From IMG/VR virus record IMGVR_UViG_3300017963_000188, positions 1 to 64,000 of that record: a stretch of 64,000 bases of DNA; one strand, given 5' to 3'. Made by a program: the position numbers and the translations under genes. The notes beneath the pieces are model-generated. The model searched no databases. It worked only from the letters and a program-made list of their open reading frames with translations, and was not told the DNA's origin. Positions 29,021-37,369 of this stretch are shown in pieces. Each line of letters begins with the position of its first letter. Position 1 is the stretch's first letter.

Positions 29021-29215
29021 TACAAAATTCGAGAAAGTTTCAGTATAGAATAATAGAGGGAGGAACCGAAAAGGACCTGGGCTCATGGGGAGGTCTGTCT
29101 TAAGGGATACTCCCCTGGACAGATCCCCCCGGAGCGTTCCTACTTCGACTGGCTCCGAGTCTCAGTACCCTTTAACCAATCACTATTATATACCGAAGCC
29201 AGATCAGATTTTAAA
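29021..29215. other. non-coding cassette C between convergent promoters
   Basis: TACAAA-N17-TATAGA (+, 29021-29049), TTTAAA-N17-TATATA (-, 29215-29187); core 29085-29141. Confidence 0.75.
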
Positions 29216-29237
29216 GTGACTTTTTGAAATTTTTTAA

Positions 29238-29266
29238 TTTAAAATCTCGTCTCGGTTCAGTATATA
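29238..29266 (+). promoter_or_regulatory. phage promoter TTTAAA-N17-TATATA
   Basis: consensus followed by AGGAGGT and ATG at 29283. Confidence 0.8.
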
Positions 29267-29282
29267 GTAGTAGGAGGTGCCA

Positions 29283-29460
29283 CATGGCTAAGACCCACAA
29301 GGACCACAACTACTGGAACCCCAAGAAGGAGAAGAAGCCTGCCAGGAAGAGGACCAACCGTAAGGCCCGTCACCTGGCCAAGGCTGCCCTCACCGATGGT
29401 TGCTTCGATGCCCACCCCCTCACCTATAGCCCCAAGACCTCTGGCTGGGAGACCAACTAA
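29283..29460 (+). CDS. small basic protein MAKTHKD
   Basis: promoter, RBS, high GC3. Confidence 0.7.
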
Positions 29461-29461
29461 T

Positions 29462-29944
29462 ATGCCCAAGCGTAAGGAGCTGAAGGTCTATGTGCAGGGA
29501 ACGGTAACCCCCTCCAGGAAACTGGAGGTCGAGACCATGACCCGTGAGCTAGTAGCCAAGCTCTTCTCCACCCGTATGAGCAACACCCTCAGGATCACGG
29601 TCAAGCTCAGAGCATCCACTCTCAAGAAGAGTACCAACGGGGTGGCTTGCTTCAAGTCTCTCCAAGCTCATACCTCCCACAAGTCCAAGCACTACACCAT
29701 CACCATCCAACGTGACAGATGTGACAACTTCAAACGGACCCTGGCTCATGAGCTGGTACACGTCAGGCAGTTTGCTACGGGTCAACTCAGGTTCGGACCC
29801 AAGCCCTACACCAACAAGCGTGTCTGGGGGTGGTTCTGGAGGTCAGGACCAGGGGCTGCTCAGTATTATGAACAAGACTACCCCTACGTGGACCAGCCCT
29901 GGGAGATAGAGGCCAGGCAGGTCGCTCAGGGGGTGGTCTCTTAA
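29462..29944 (+). CDS. zinc metallopeptidase-like (HExxH) protein
   Basis: TLAHELVHVRQF..QPWEIEAR. Confidence 0.7.
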   Translation: MPKRKELKVYVQGTVTPSRKLEVETMTRELVAKLFSTRMSNTLRITVKLRASTLKKSTNGVACFKSLQAHTSHKSKHYTITIQRDRCDNFKRTLAHELVHVRQFATGQLRFGPKPYTNKRVWGWFWRSGPGAAQYYEQDYPYVDQPWEIEARQVAQGVVS

Positions 29945-29965
29945 CCACCCAGGGAGGTGACAGGC

Positions 29966-30157
29966 ATGGATAAGCCAGAATGCAAGCTCACAGGAACCGA
30001 TGGGAACGTGTTTGCCATCATGGGGAAGGTCACATCAGCCCTCAAGAGGGCAGGGCAGCGTGAAAAGGCCGAAGAATTCAGGACCAAGGCCATGTCGGGG
30101 GACTATGACTATGATGGAGTGCTTCAGCTCTGCTTCGACTATGTGGATGTCTGCTAG
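29966..30157 (+). CDS. small conserved phage protein
   Basis: KLTGTDGNVFAIMGKV..ALKRAG..SGDYD. Confidence 0.7.
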   Translation: MDKPECKLTGTDGNVFAIMGKVTSALKRAGQREKAEEFRTKAMSGDYDYDGVLQLCFDYVDVC

Positions 30158-30287
30158 CCCTACCCCTCATACCCCTCAGTCATAACATTTTCAGCAAAAA
30201 ATAGCTCACATTTATAACCGCTTCATTAATTGCCATATATGGCTATATATGGCAAAATTCGCTCGTTTGACCAATACGAATTTTGAT

Positions 30288-30420
30288 AAAATGGAGTGTT
30301 CACATGGACTCCATATGAACTTATTTCATAATCTGTAGTAAATATAAAGAGATTCTGAATTTCAGATTTTGACTTAGAGCTAGATCTGGATTTTTTAGAA
30401 AATGGACTGTTCACATGAAG
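30288..30420. promoter_or_regulatory. operator-like AAAATGGnnTGTTCACATG motif pair
   Basis: copies at 30288-30308 and 30399-30420 match 25626-25647. Confidence 0.45.
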
Positions 30421-30492
30421 ATATATTCAATAGATTACTTATATATCTATAAGATTGGAACGTATTTCTGTTAATGACATAGGAGTCTTCAA

Positions 30493-31359
30493 ATGCATGT
30501 CAATGAGTTGATACCAGATATTGAGAGTGCTATTCGGTCCATATGGCCTGATGCCTTCTTAGATGTGAATTTCACCGTTGGGATATATCCCACAATTAAC
30601 ATCTATTTTGCCATTGGTTCTGACAAGTCTCAGTGGAGCAATGGTATCATTCACAATGATCCTGGACATCACAGGCTCACTATTGGTGGGGTGGATAGGT
30701 ATGGGATAACAGAAGGTGGTGAGATTGAGGGTGATGTTGAGCTTATACGACAATTGGGTGGTGGTATTTCAGATAAGAGCTTCTCAACTCAGAAGGTGCC
30801 GTTCCGTAAGAAGAAGGTAAGTCCTGACAAGGTAAAGACATTGGTTCCTGCCATCAAGACTTACTTTGAAAGATTGAAGAAGAAGTATGATGAGATGGTA
30901 GCTGCTGGAACAGTGAAGGTTCCAGGAACACAGGCATCAATACTCAGAACTCTAGCAGCTAAGATTGCTAATGAGCCTATGGGGTGGGAACCAGAAGATG
31001 ATCCTGATGTGCAGTGGATGGCTCAGGACGATATTGGTCAAATAGAGCAAGACAAAAAGGCTATAAAGAAAGATATGCTCAAGATAAATGGTGCTTTGAG
31101 ACGGTTGATTATCTCTTTACCTTTTGTAGAGATGAAGGGAAGGGATTTATATCTAACCAATGAAGCTGATATCGATGATTTGTATGACCTGACTGAACAA
31201 GTAGCCAAAACCATTGATGACACGACTGAGACGGGGGTGTGGGGTTATTGGTCTTGGGATGAGGGGCATACATCAGAGATGGACCACTTTGATATGTCTC
31301 GTTCGGATGCTGAAGCCATGATGAAGGCTGATGGGTTTAGATGGGTTTTAATGGCATAG
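30493..31359 (+). CDS. two-segment protein with an internal ILRTLAAKIANE linker
   Basis: AGGAG RBS; acidic C-terminal half. Confidence 0.75.
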   Translation: MHVNELIPDIESAIRSIWPDAFLDVNFTVGIYPTINIYFAIGSDKSQWSNGIIHNDPGHHRLTIGGVDRYGITEGGEIEGDVELIRQLGGGISDKSFSTQKVPFRKKKVSPDKVKTLVPAIKTYFERLKKKYDEMVAAGTVKVPGTQASILRTLAAKIANEPMGWEPEDDPDVQWMAQDDIGQIEQDKKAIKKDMLKINGALRRLIISLPFVEMKGRDLYLTNEADIDDLYDLTEQVAKTIDDTTETGVWGYWSWDEGHTSEMDHFDMSRSDAEAMMKADGFRWVLMA

Positions 31360-31368
31360 GAGAATAAA

Positions 31369-31659
31369 ATGCTATCACAACACTTGAGAAGATTGGCTAG
31401 GAAAATTACTAGGTTACATGACCATGATGCTAAGTTCCAAGACCGTAGAGTCTGGGATATGGTCAATAGAGCTGTAGATGAAGCACAGAGAAAGGACCAG
31501 GAGCTAGATGCTTGGATAGGTCCTAGCTGGTCAGGGGAGGACATGATTTATCTGGTTCCGACTGGTCAGCATTCACCAGGTACACAGCCATTGAATGTGA
31601 CTTTGACTCCTGATATGACTCGTGAACAGATGAAGACACAACTCTTCTCAGTTGTTTAG
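31369..31659 (+). CDS. protein with an LRRLARKI leader
   Basis: AGGAG RBS. Confidence 0.7.
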   Translation: MLSQHLRRLARKITRLHDHDAKFQDRRVWDMVNRAVDEAQRKDQELDAWIGPSWSGEDMIYLVPTGQHSPGTQPLNVTLTPDMTREQMKTQLFSVV

Positions 31660-31689
31660 GGGGTGTTATGATATCACAAGGACTTAGAC

Positions 31690-31968
31690 GTGGTGATGTT
31701 TATATCTTTCCCTCCAGAAGAACTCCCTGAATTATCTGAACAATTGAAACATGGTTATATCTTCACCACTCGGGTCATGGAAGAGATTGGAAAGTATCGA
31801 CCCGGAATGGTGGTAGATTCTCCTATGGGGACCCTTCAGGTTATAACAGTATCATTGCTCCCACACATCACTTTCCATCCCTTCTATGAAGAGCTTACAG
31901 TGTCACAACGGGATTTGATAGGTGATGGGGAGATGGAACTGATTAGACTTGTCTCTTATAGATCCTGA
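31690..31968 (+). CDS. hypothetical protein
   Basis: ORF in operon. Confidence 0.6.
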   Translation: MVMFISFPPEELPELSEQLKHGYIFTTRVMEEIGKYRPGMVVDSPMGTLQVITVSLLPHITFHPFYEELTVSQRDLIGDGEMELIRLVSYRS

Positions 31969-32506
31969 AGTAATCATGAATCCCCATATGTTGTGGGATA
32001 TGAATGGTTTTTAAGACTTCCCATTGTGATTCAAGAAGGTGGGAAAAAGCATCATTAGCGGTGCATCCACCCCAGCCCTCACCGACAAAGATGAAGTATT
32101 GACCTGTATATTTCTTGAGAGCATAGAATGCCCATGGCTTATCGTAATCAGGCCAGATCATCATAAGGGTATGGTCAAGATACTTTTCAATAGCATCTTC
32201 AGCACAGATGATTTCAGGACTGAGCCAGAGGTGACCACCCTTTACTTGTGGGAAGTAGTTGTGGTGTTTATCCACAATATCTGTGGGGATTATATCAACT
32301 CCCCTTTCTCGTAGCTCATATGCCCAGTATCCGTTACCAGCACCAACTTCAAGGATGGGACTATGTTCAGCAATGGCAGTGAAACATTCTTCTGTAGGGA
32401 TAGCAAATGAGAAGAGACTTCTCATTGAATCCATAGCTTTCCAGTCTTTAGCAGTGATTCTTTGTCCGAGTCCCAGATTGATGTATGCGGTATGGTATCG
32501 AGACAT
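31943..32506 (-). CDS. class I SAM-dependent methyltransferase-like protein
   Basis: ILEVGAGNGYWAYEL..DIIPTD..LMMIWP..FVGE. Confidence 0.75.
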   Translation of the reverse strand: MSRYHTAYINLGLGQRITAKDWKAMDSMRSLFSFAIPTEECFTAIAEHSPILEVGAGNGYWAYELRERGVDIIPTDIVDKHHNYFPQVKGGHLWLSPEIICAEDAIEKYLDHTLMMIWPDYDKPWAFYALKKYTGQYFIFVGEGWGGCTANDAFSHLLESQWEVLKTIHIPQHMGIHDYFRIYKRQV

Positions 32507-32766
32507 TACCCTACCTGTGTGATGAGTTTGGTCTTTGGGTCGAACCACCCATGAACCCTTTTGACACCCTCAGAGCCCAGGAGAGTGATATCGTAATGCC
32601 TCCACTCCTCAGGGGGTACATCAGCATTGGTCATGTAGGGTTTGACGTACCTAGACCGTTCTCCGGTGTAGCAGGAGCCGTGGATGGTCCCACACCCTGA
32701 GCAGCGGTACATTTGGGTTCCGATTTCTTCTTGAGCTTTGTAGTTGGCATTACAGAGTGGGCACAT
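32506..32766 (-). CDS. zinc-ribbon protein
   Basis: CPLC and CSGC; promoter and GGAG RBS upstream. Confidence 0.7.
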   Translation of the reverse strand: MCPLCNANYKAQEEIGTQMYRCSGCGTIHGSCYTGERSRYVKPYMTNADVPPEEWRHYDITLLGSEGVKRVHGWFDPKTKLITQVG

Positions 32767-32800
32767 ATCGTCTCCTCTCTTGGAGGGTTAGTGTTACTAC

Positions 32801-32829
32801 TCTATACCGAGACTTTTCAGATTTTTAAA
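32801..32829 (-). promoter_or_regulatory. phage promoter TTTAAA-N17-TATAGA
   Basis: exact consensus on the minus strand. Confidence 0.8.
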
Positions 32830-33010
32830 TATTAAAAGGTGGGGGAGGTGAAAAAAAAGTTTCAGAAAAATAATATATATACTGGTTGATAGGTGTTGAT
32901 AGGTGAAAAAAAGTTCCAAGAAAATAATATATCTAGGGACCTGATTAGAATCAAAAAATAATCTCTACGGTATAATATAATGGGGTTATGGAGCTGAAAG
33001 GAGTCATTGA

Positions 33011-33140
33011 ATTTCACGAGAAATAGTCTAGAGTGTTCTAGATAATTTCCCGTGAAATTAAGAAGGGTCATAGACAATTCCACGGGAAATAAAGTATAGT
33101 GTCTTAACCCATTTCCCGTGAAATACATTTCCCGTGAAAT
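33011..33140. repeat. five copies of the quasi-palindrome ATTTCCCGTGAAAT
   Basis: 33011, 33045, 33077, 33111 and 33127 (two in inverted orientation). Confidence 0.8.
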
Positions 33141-33151
33141 AGGGAGGAGCA

Positions 33152-33406
33152 ATGTGGAAAACAGGATCAATAATCTTGAAGCCAAGATATGCAAATGACC
33201 ATACTCTGTTGGTGGATGAGCTTTCAGAACTGGCTAGCTATGCTTCAAAGCAATCGTACAGTTCTGAACTGAGTCCTGAGCAAAGGGAGTGGTGGAGAGG
33301 TAGGAGTGGGGGTATCAATAGTGCAATCAAACTCCTGATTGATCCGAATCATGACCTAGAAGAGCTGAAGACAGCAAGCTGGCCTTCAGATATAGTGCTG
33401 AAATGA
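33152..33406 (+). CDS. hypothetical protein
   Basis: GGAGG RBS. Confidence 0.65.
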   Translation: MWKTGSIILKPRYANDHTLLVDELSELASYASKQSYSSELSPEQREWWRGRSGGINSAIKLLIDPNHDLEELKTASWPSDIVLK

Positions 33407-33618
33407 AGCTGAATCTTGTAGGAGACTGGACTTTATGTCCCCCTGCCTGTCAGGAAAAGGTGGTGAGGATACATTTGGGTATGATAGAGCTGTTGAGACA
33501 AGCCCAGCCCAGGATGAGTAAGAGATGGGGTAGGGAGGCTGAAGAACTGATAAAAGAAGGAGAAGAGCTATGTTTGACGGGAAAACATACGAACCTGAAC
33601 ATGACAGAGCCCGGTTAA
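33403..33618 (+). CDS. hypothetical protein
   Basis: ATGA overlap. Confidence 0.5.
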   Translation: MKLNLVGDWTLCPPACQEKVVRIHLGMIELLRQAQPRMSKRWGREAEELIKEGEELCLTGKHTNLNMTEPG

Positions 33619-33989
33619 GTACCCAGCTTGATCGTGTGAAGGACTACATGAAGGACCAGGAGTGGCATGACATAGAAGAGATACGGAACATAGCAGGGGG
33701 TACAAGTCAGAGCATTAGTGCTAGGATACGTGACCTTCGTAAGCCTAAGTTTGGGGGGTGGGTCATTGACCGTAGGAGGGTAGGGAACAAGAAGAGGGGT
33801 TTGTTCCAGTATCGTATGACGGGGGAGCAAATCAAGACTCAGGTGATGATAGGGACCAAGAAGGTGAGGGAGGGGGTGGATAAGGGACGTGTCAGAAACT
33901 TGGAGAAGTTGATACGAGAAGCAGCTCCATACATGGATGAGAAGTGGAATCAAAGAGCTTGTAGAGCCTTGGGAGTGTTGTTTTTATGA
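33570..33989 (+). CDS. winged-HTH DNA-binding protein
   Basis: QLDRVKDYMKDQEWHDIEEI..SQSISARIRDLRKPKFGG. Confidence 0.7.
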   Translation: MFDGKTYEPEHDRARLSTQLDRVKDYMKDQEWHDIEEIRNIAGGTSQSISARIRDLRKPKFGGWVIDRRRVGNKKRGLFQYRMTGEQIKTQVMIGTKKVREGVDKGRVRNLEKLIREAAPYMDEKWNQRACRALGVLFL

Positions 33990-34207
33990 AACTATACTTG
34001 GCAAAATGGATAGGAGAGAGGGGGTGGAGACAAGAAAGCCATTGGACCACATCTTTGAGGGAGGCTGAACGTGCCTTGGAGCTTCATGAAGATGTATCTC
34101 AGGCAAGTATTGACGTTATAGAATTCCATCCTGATCCTAGAACGGTATGTGAACTTTTGAATGGGTATACAGGAAATGTAGAGGTAGAACATACCAAGTA
34201 TAAGTAG
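33986..34207 (+). CDS. hypothetical protein
   Basis: ORF in operon. Confidence 0.6.
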   Translation: MKLYLAKWIGERGWRQESHWTTSLREAERALELHEDVSQASIDVIEFHPDPRTVCELLNGYTGNVEVEHTKYK

Positions 34208-34216
34208 AGTTAGATC

Positions 34217-34540
34217 ATGTCTATTATAGTTGAGGGAGAGAAAGATATTTTCACGATACGATCTGAACCCAAGGTGATAGTGGAACGTGCAGTTTCATTT
34301 ACCTGCTGCGGTATTCCTGTGGGATCTATTGATGCTACCTATGACTTCTCTGATCTTCCTCCTGAGCTTCATTCCATGGCTATTCAAACTGTTCTTCAAC
34401 GGTCTATGAACATCTGTTTACCCTATGATTTCTTACCTCCCAGTCATGAGGTGAGGCAAAGGATGGAAGCTAAGATTAATAGGGAAAGGGATGAGGCAAG
34501 AAAGAAACTGAAACAAAGGAAATGGTGGAGGTTTTGGTAA
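34217..34540 (+). CDS. hypothetical protein
   Basis: ORF in operon. Confidence 0.6.
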   Translation: MSIIVEGEKDIFTIRSEPKVIVERAVSFTCCGIPVGSIDATYDFSDLPPELHSMAIQTVLQRSMNICLPYDFLPPSHEVRQRMEAKINRERDEARKKLKQRKWWRFW

Positions 34541-34809
34541 TGGACCCTAAGATGCCAAAGATAGATGAGCATCCCCTCAGGGATATTGAAGAGTTGAGTT
34601 GGGAGTGGGATATCTTGGAGACCAAGATCAAGGTTCTGAAAATCAGGATAGAGACAGCTACAAATCCTGCCTTTAACCGATATGATGAGATACCTGAACT
34701 CCTAGAGGTGCTGAGAGAAATCAACAATGTTTTGCACCCAGTTGTGCCAGACATTCCTTTTATGCTTCAGGGCTATGTGAAGAAATATAGGAGGTTTAGG
34801 AAGCTATGA
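34540..34809 (+). CDS. hypothetical coiled-coil protein
   Basis: GGAGG RBS, TAATG overlap. Confidence 0.6.
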   Translation: MDPKMPKIDEHPLRDIEELSWEWDILETKIKVLKIRIETATNPAFNRYDEIPELLEVLREINNVLHPVVPDIPFMLQGYVKKYRRFRKL

Positions 34810-35006
34810 GTTATATGAATGAACATGATCTAAAGCAGGCAAGGGAGCATTACTTTGCAGCGGGTGGTCTGGAGTCTGATATAGGTCCCAGGAATGACCC
34901 GACCTGGTATTGGAGAAGAGCAGCAAAACTCTGGAGAGAAAGAGCTGAACAAACCGAGAAGGAATGTACTTCAGCCTTTACCCCTCTGAGTGGGGAAAAG
35001 GAATGA
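34806..35006 (+). CDS. hypothetical protein
   Basis: ORF in operon. Confidence 0.55.
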   Translation: MSYMNEHDLKQAREHYFAAGGLESDIGPRNDPTWYWRRAAKLWRERAEQTEKECTSAFTPLSGEKE

Positions 35007-35182
35007 CTGAGCAAGAATTCATCGAGCAGTATAAGGATTCTCTTTATGACCTTCGAGAACTCACCGACCTGCTTTTAAAGCAAGTCGATGAGGGACCATT
35101 GAGATATCTGGCTGAACGGTATGAGCAAGCAGAAGAGGACATGTTCATGGCTCTGAAAGCTGAAGGATTCTTTGAGGATTAA
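35003..35182 (+). CDS. hypothetical protein
   Basis: ATGA overlap. Confidence 0.55.
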   Translation: MTEQEFIEQYKDSLYDLRELTDLLLKQVDEGPLRYLAERYEQAEEDMFMALKAEGFFED

Positions 35183-35423
35183 TATGGTTGTCACTACCAT
35201 TGTTTGTGATGGGTGTGGGAATGAGGTTCAAGAAACAGGACCCTACACTACAAAAATCATGTATCGTAACAGACCTACCCCAGCCCATGTGATGCGTAAT
35301 TTTTTGCATACACAATATGGATGGGTTCAGAGGGGGCGTTATGATTACTGTAATGAATGTAAGGAGCATAAAGATGGACATAAGAGAGCTACAAAAGACG
35401 TTTATAGGGGCTGTCATTCTTGA
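35172..35423 (+). CDS. zinc-finger protein
   Basis: CDGCG..CNEC. Confidence 0.55.
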   Translation: MRINMVVTTIVCDGCGNEVQETGPYTTKIMYRNRPTPAHVMRNFLHTQYGWVQRGRYDYCNECKEHKDGHKRATKDVYRGCHS

Positions 35424-35868
35424 TGTTACGAGGTCTGAAAGGGACGAGTCGTTATGTGAATTCAAGATACTCCCTTCTGGAAGAGATGAGGGGGCAGTAG
35501 AATATGTGACTATACATGTTAGTGACATCATGGATTGTTGGTTGAGTAAAAGGAATTTTCTGGGACACTATTATGATGTTCAAGAGATGTTTAAGGCTGC
35601 ATGGGAACATACCGATAGATGTGAGGAGTGGCATGACGATGAAGGTGAAGGTGATGATTTTTACAATGAATTTACAATAGAGACTGACCCCTTAGCATTA
35701 GCTATAGAATTCAAATGTCCTTGTGGTCAAAAGTTTGGGGTAGCTTTAGCAGCAATCAAGCAAAGTGAGTATCGTGACTACTTCAAGCCTGAAAATCGTT
35801 GGAAGATAGCCAAGCATCTTTCTGGTTATATATCCTGCCCTGAAGATTTGGAGCGTTACAATGATTGA
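35317..35868 (+). CDS. hypothetical protein (start uncertain)
   Basis: long ORF in operon. Confidence 0.6.
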   Translation: MDGFRGGVMITVMNVRSIKMDIRELQKTFIGAVILDVTRSERDESLCEFKILPSGRDEGAVEYVTIHVSDIMDCWLSKRNFLGHYYDVQEMFKAAWEHTDRCEEWHDDEGEGDDFYNEFTIETDPLALAIEFKCPCGQKFGVALAAIKQSEYRDYFKPENRWKIAKHLSGYISCPEDLERYND

Positions 35869-36133
35869 TCCTCTAAAGGTACTAGGGCATCTCATAGATG
35901 GGAACTATGTAAGACTCAGAAATGGTGATGAGTATGGAATGACTAAGGATCATGATGTGGTGGTTAAGGCAGAGAAGGTGTGGTTAGCCCCACACCCTAA
36001 GGGAAAGAAACCTGGTTACAAAGAATGGGTATGGCTCCCTACCGACTACACGGTTGGTCAGTTCTTGAAGCTGTGTAAGGAAGGGGGTCAGTATTTAGAT
36101 CATAAACATGGACCATGGCAAGAGATAGAATGA
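35861..36133 (+). CDS. hypothetical protein
   Basis: GGAG RBS. Confidence 0.6.
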   Translation: MIDPLKVLGHLIDGNYVRLRNGDEYGMTKDHDVVVKAEKVWLAPHPKGKKPGYKEWVWLPTDYTVGQFLKLCKEGGQYLDHKHGPWQEIE

Positions 36134-36495
36134 AGATACAATTTTATACATGTGAATCAGATCTGGCTTTTCGTGACTGGCCTGTGCCTCCTAGAGTAGG
36201 TGATGGTATAAGGCTTGAAAAGGTAGATTACAGTGTGGTTGAGGTAAACTGGGGAGATCATGTAACAGGAACTGGTCAACCTATCAAGGATAGTCCCTGT
36301 GTTTCTGTTCAGGTTGAGCCATTGGTCCAGGAGCTAGAAGACAGGGATGGTCTTATTCTTCATCTATATGAAGCCTTGGAAGGTACCACCCCGGAACGTT
36401 GCATATGTGGGTGTGAACCGTGTTGTTGTGGCTATAAGTTGGGTCTTGACACTCTTGAGATGGCTAAGCCCTACTATCACAGACTGATAAGGTGA
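36130..36495 (+). CDS. hypothetical protein
   Basis: ATGA overlap; Cys-rich tail. Confidence 0.6.
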   Translation: MKIQFYTCESDLAFRDWPVPPRVGDGIRLEKVDYSVVEVNWGDHVTGTGQPIKDSPCVSVQVEPLVQELEDRDGLILHLYEALEGTTPERCICGCEPCCCGYKLGLDTLEMAKPYYHRLIR

Positions 36496-36499
36496 TTTT

Positions 36500-36703
36500 A
36501 TGATATACGGATTATGCCCTAATTGTAAGAAGAGAGCTATTGAATATAGTCGTATGCCTGTAAAGGGTGAGTTGATAAGTAGTGAGTTGGTACTCAGAGC
36601 TGTGGGTGGGCCGAGACTTCAACCAAAGGAAAGATACCCCAAATGTCCTGAATGTGGGCATCAGTTTGAGAGCAATGATTTTCGGTTAGAATTAGTTGAT
36701 TAG
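36500..36703 (+). CDS. zinc-ribbon protein
   Basis: CPNC..CPECG. Confidence 0.65.
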   Translation: MIYGLCPNCKKRAIEYSRMPVKGELISSELVLRAVGGPRLQPKERYPKCPECGHQFESNDFRLELVD

Positions 36704-36903
36704 CTCCAGATATTGATATGGATTATTTCAGTGAATGGTGGGAAGAGACAAAAGCTGAACTAACTGTTCTTGTAATAGTGATGGTTCCTATCTTGATGTT
36801 CATAGGACTCAAAGCTATACAGGCTCAGTTCATTGAACGTAGACGGTACAAAAAGGAACTGAAACGTATCAGGAAAGAGCCCTAATTTTTTTTGCATATA
36901 TAT

Positions 36904-37320
36904 TTAGAGTGAAGACCCGTTTTTATCCAACCACTTGTTGAACGCTTCATCGAAGATGCCCCAGGCTCGTACCTCGTCCCAGTGTTTTGATTGTCCATGA
37001 ATCATTCCTATGATCCAATATTTGAAGTTACCCTGGGATTGTATGGCACGACGAACCTTCAAACACATTTGACGTGCCGTTTCAGGATAGACCTGTGGTG
37101 ATAAGGTTTGAGCTATCTTTCTAAAGGTCCACCCCTGCATTCTCAGCTTAAAGGCTTCCCAATGTCTAGGATTTAACCCCCTCACCACTCCATAGTAGCA
37201 AACTATCTCTACGAAGTATTCCCACTCTGCTGTTACAACAATAGGATCTGATTGATGTTTTGATGGATGGTGCTTGATTGGTTTGAGTCGTTTAGCTAAT
37301 CTTTCGTATCGGTATTTCAT
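36904..37320 (-). CDS. sigma70 region-4-like HTH protein
   Basis: LNPRHWEAFKLRMQGWTFRKIAQTL..ETARQMCLKVRRAI. Confidence 0.55.
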   Translation of the reverse strand: MKYRYERLAKRLKPIKHHPSKHQSDPIVVTAEWEYFVEIVCYYGVVRGLNPRHWEAFKLRMQGWTFRKIAQTLSPQVYPETARQMCLKVRRAIQSQGNFKYWIIGMIHGQSKHWDEVRAWGIFDEAFNKWLDKNGSSL

Positions 37321-37369
37321 ATTTTATTTGTACCATGTCAAACCTCTTAAATCTCCTGCAATTTTTTGC

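Noticed and set aside
28850-29180. Hammerhead, tRNA-like or CRISPR interpretation of cassettes A-C
   Set aside because: No CUGAUGA/GAAA core and no repeat-spacer periodicity; other ribozyme classes are not excluded
29085-29219. MGR...DRSPRSVP peptide encoded by the cassette cores
   Set aside because: Copy B has a stop after 6 codons, no properly spaced RBS, and conservation is at nucleotide and pairing level
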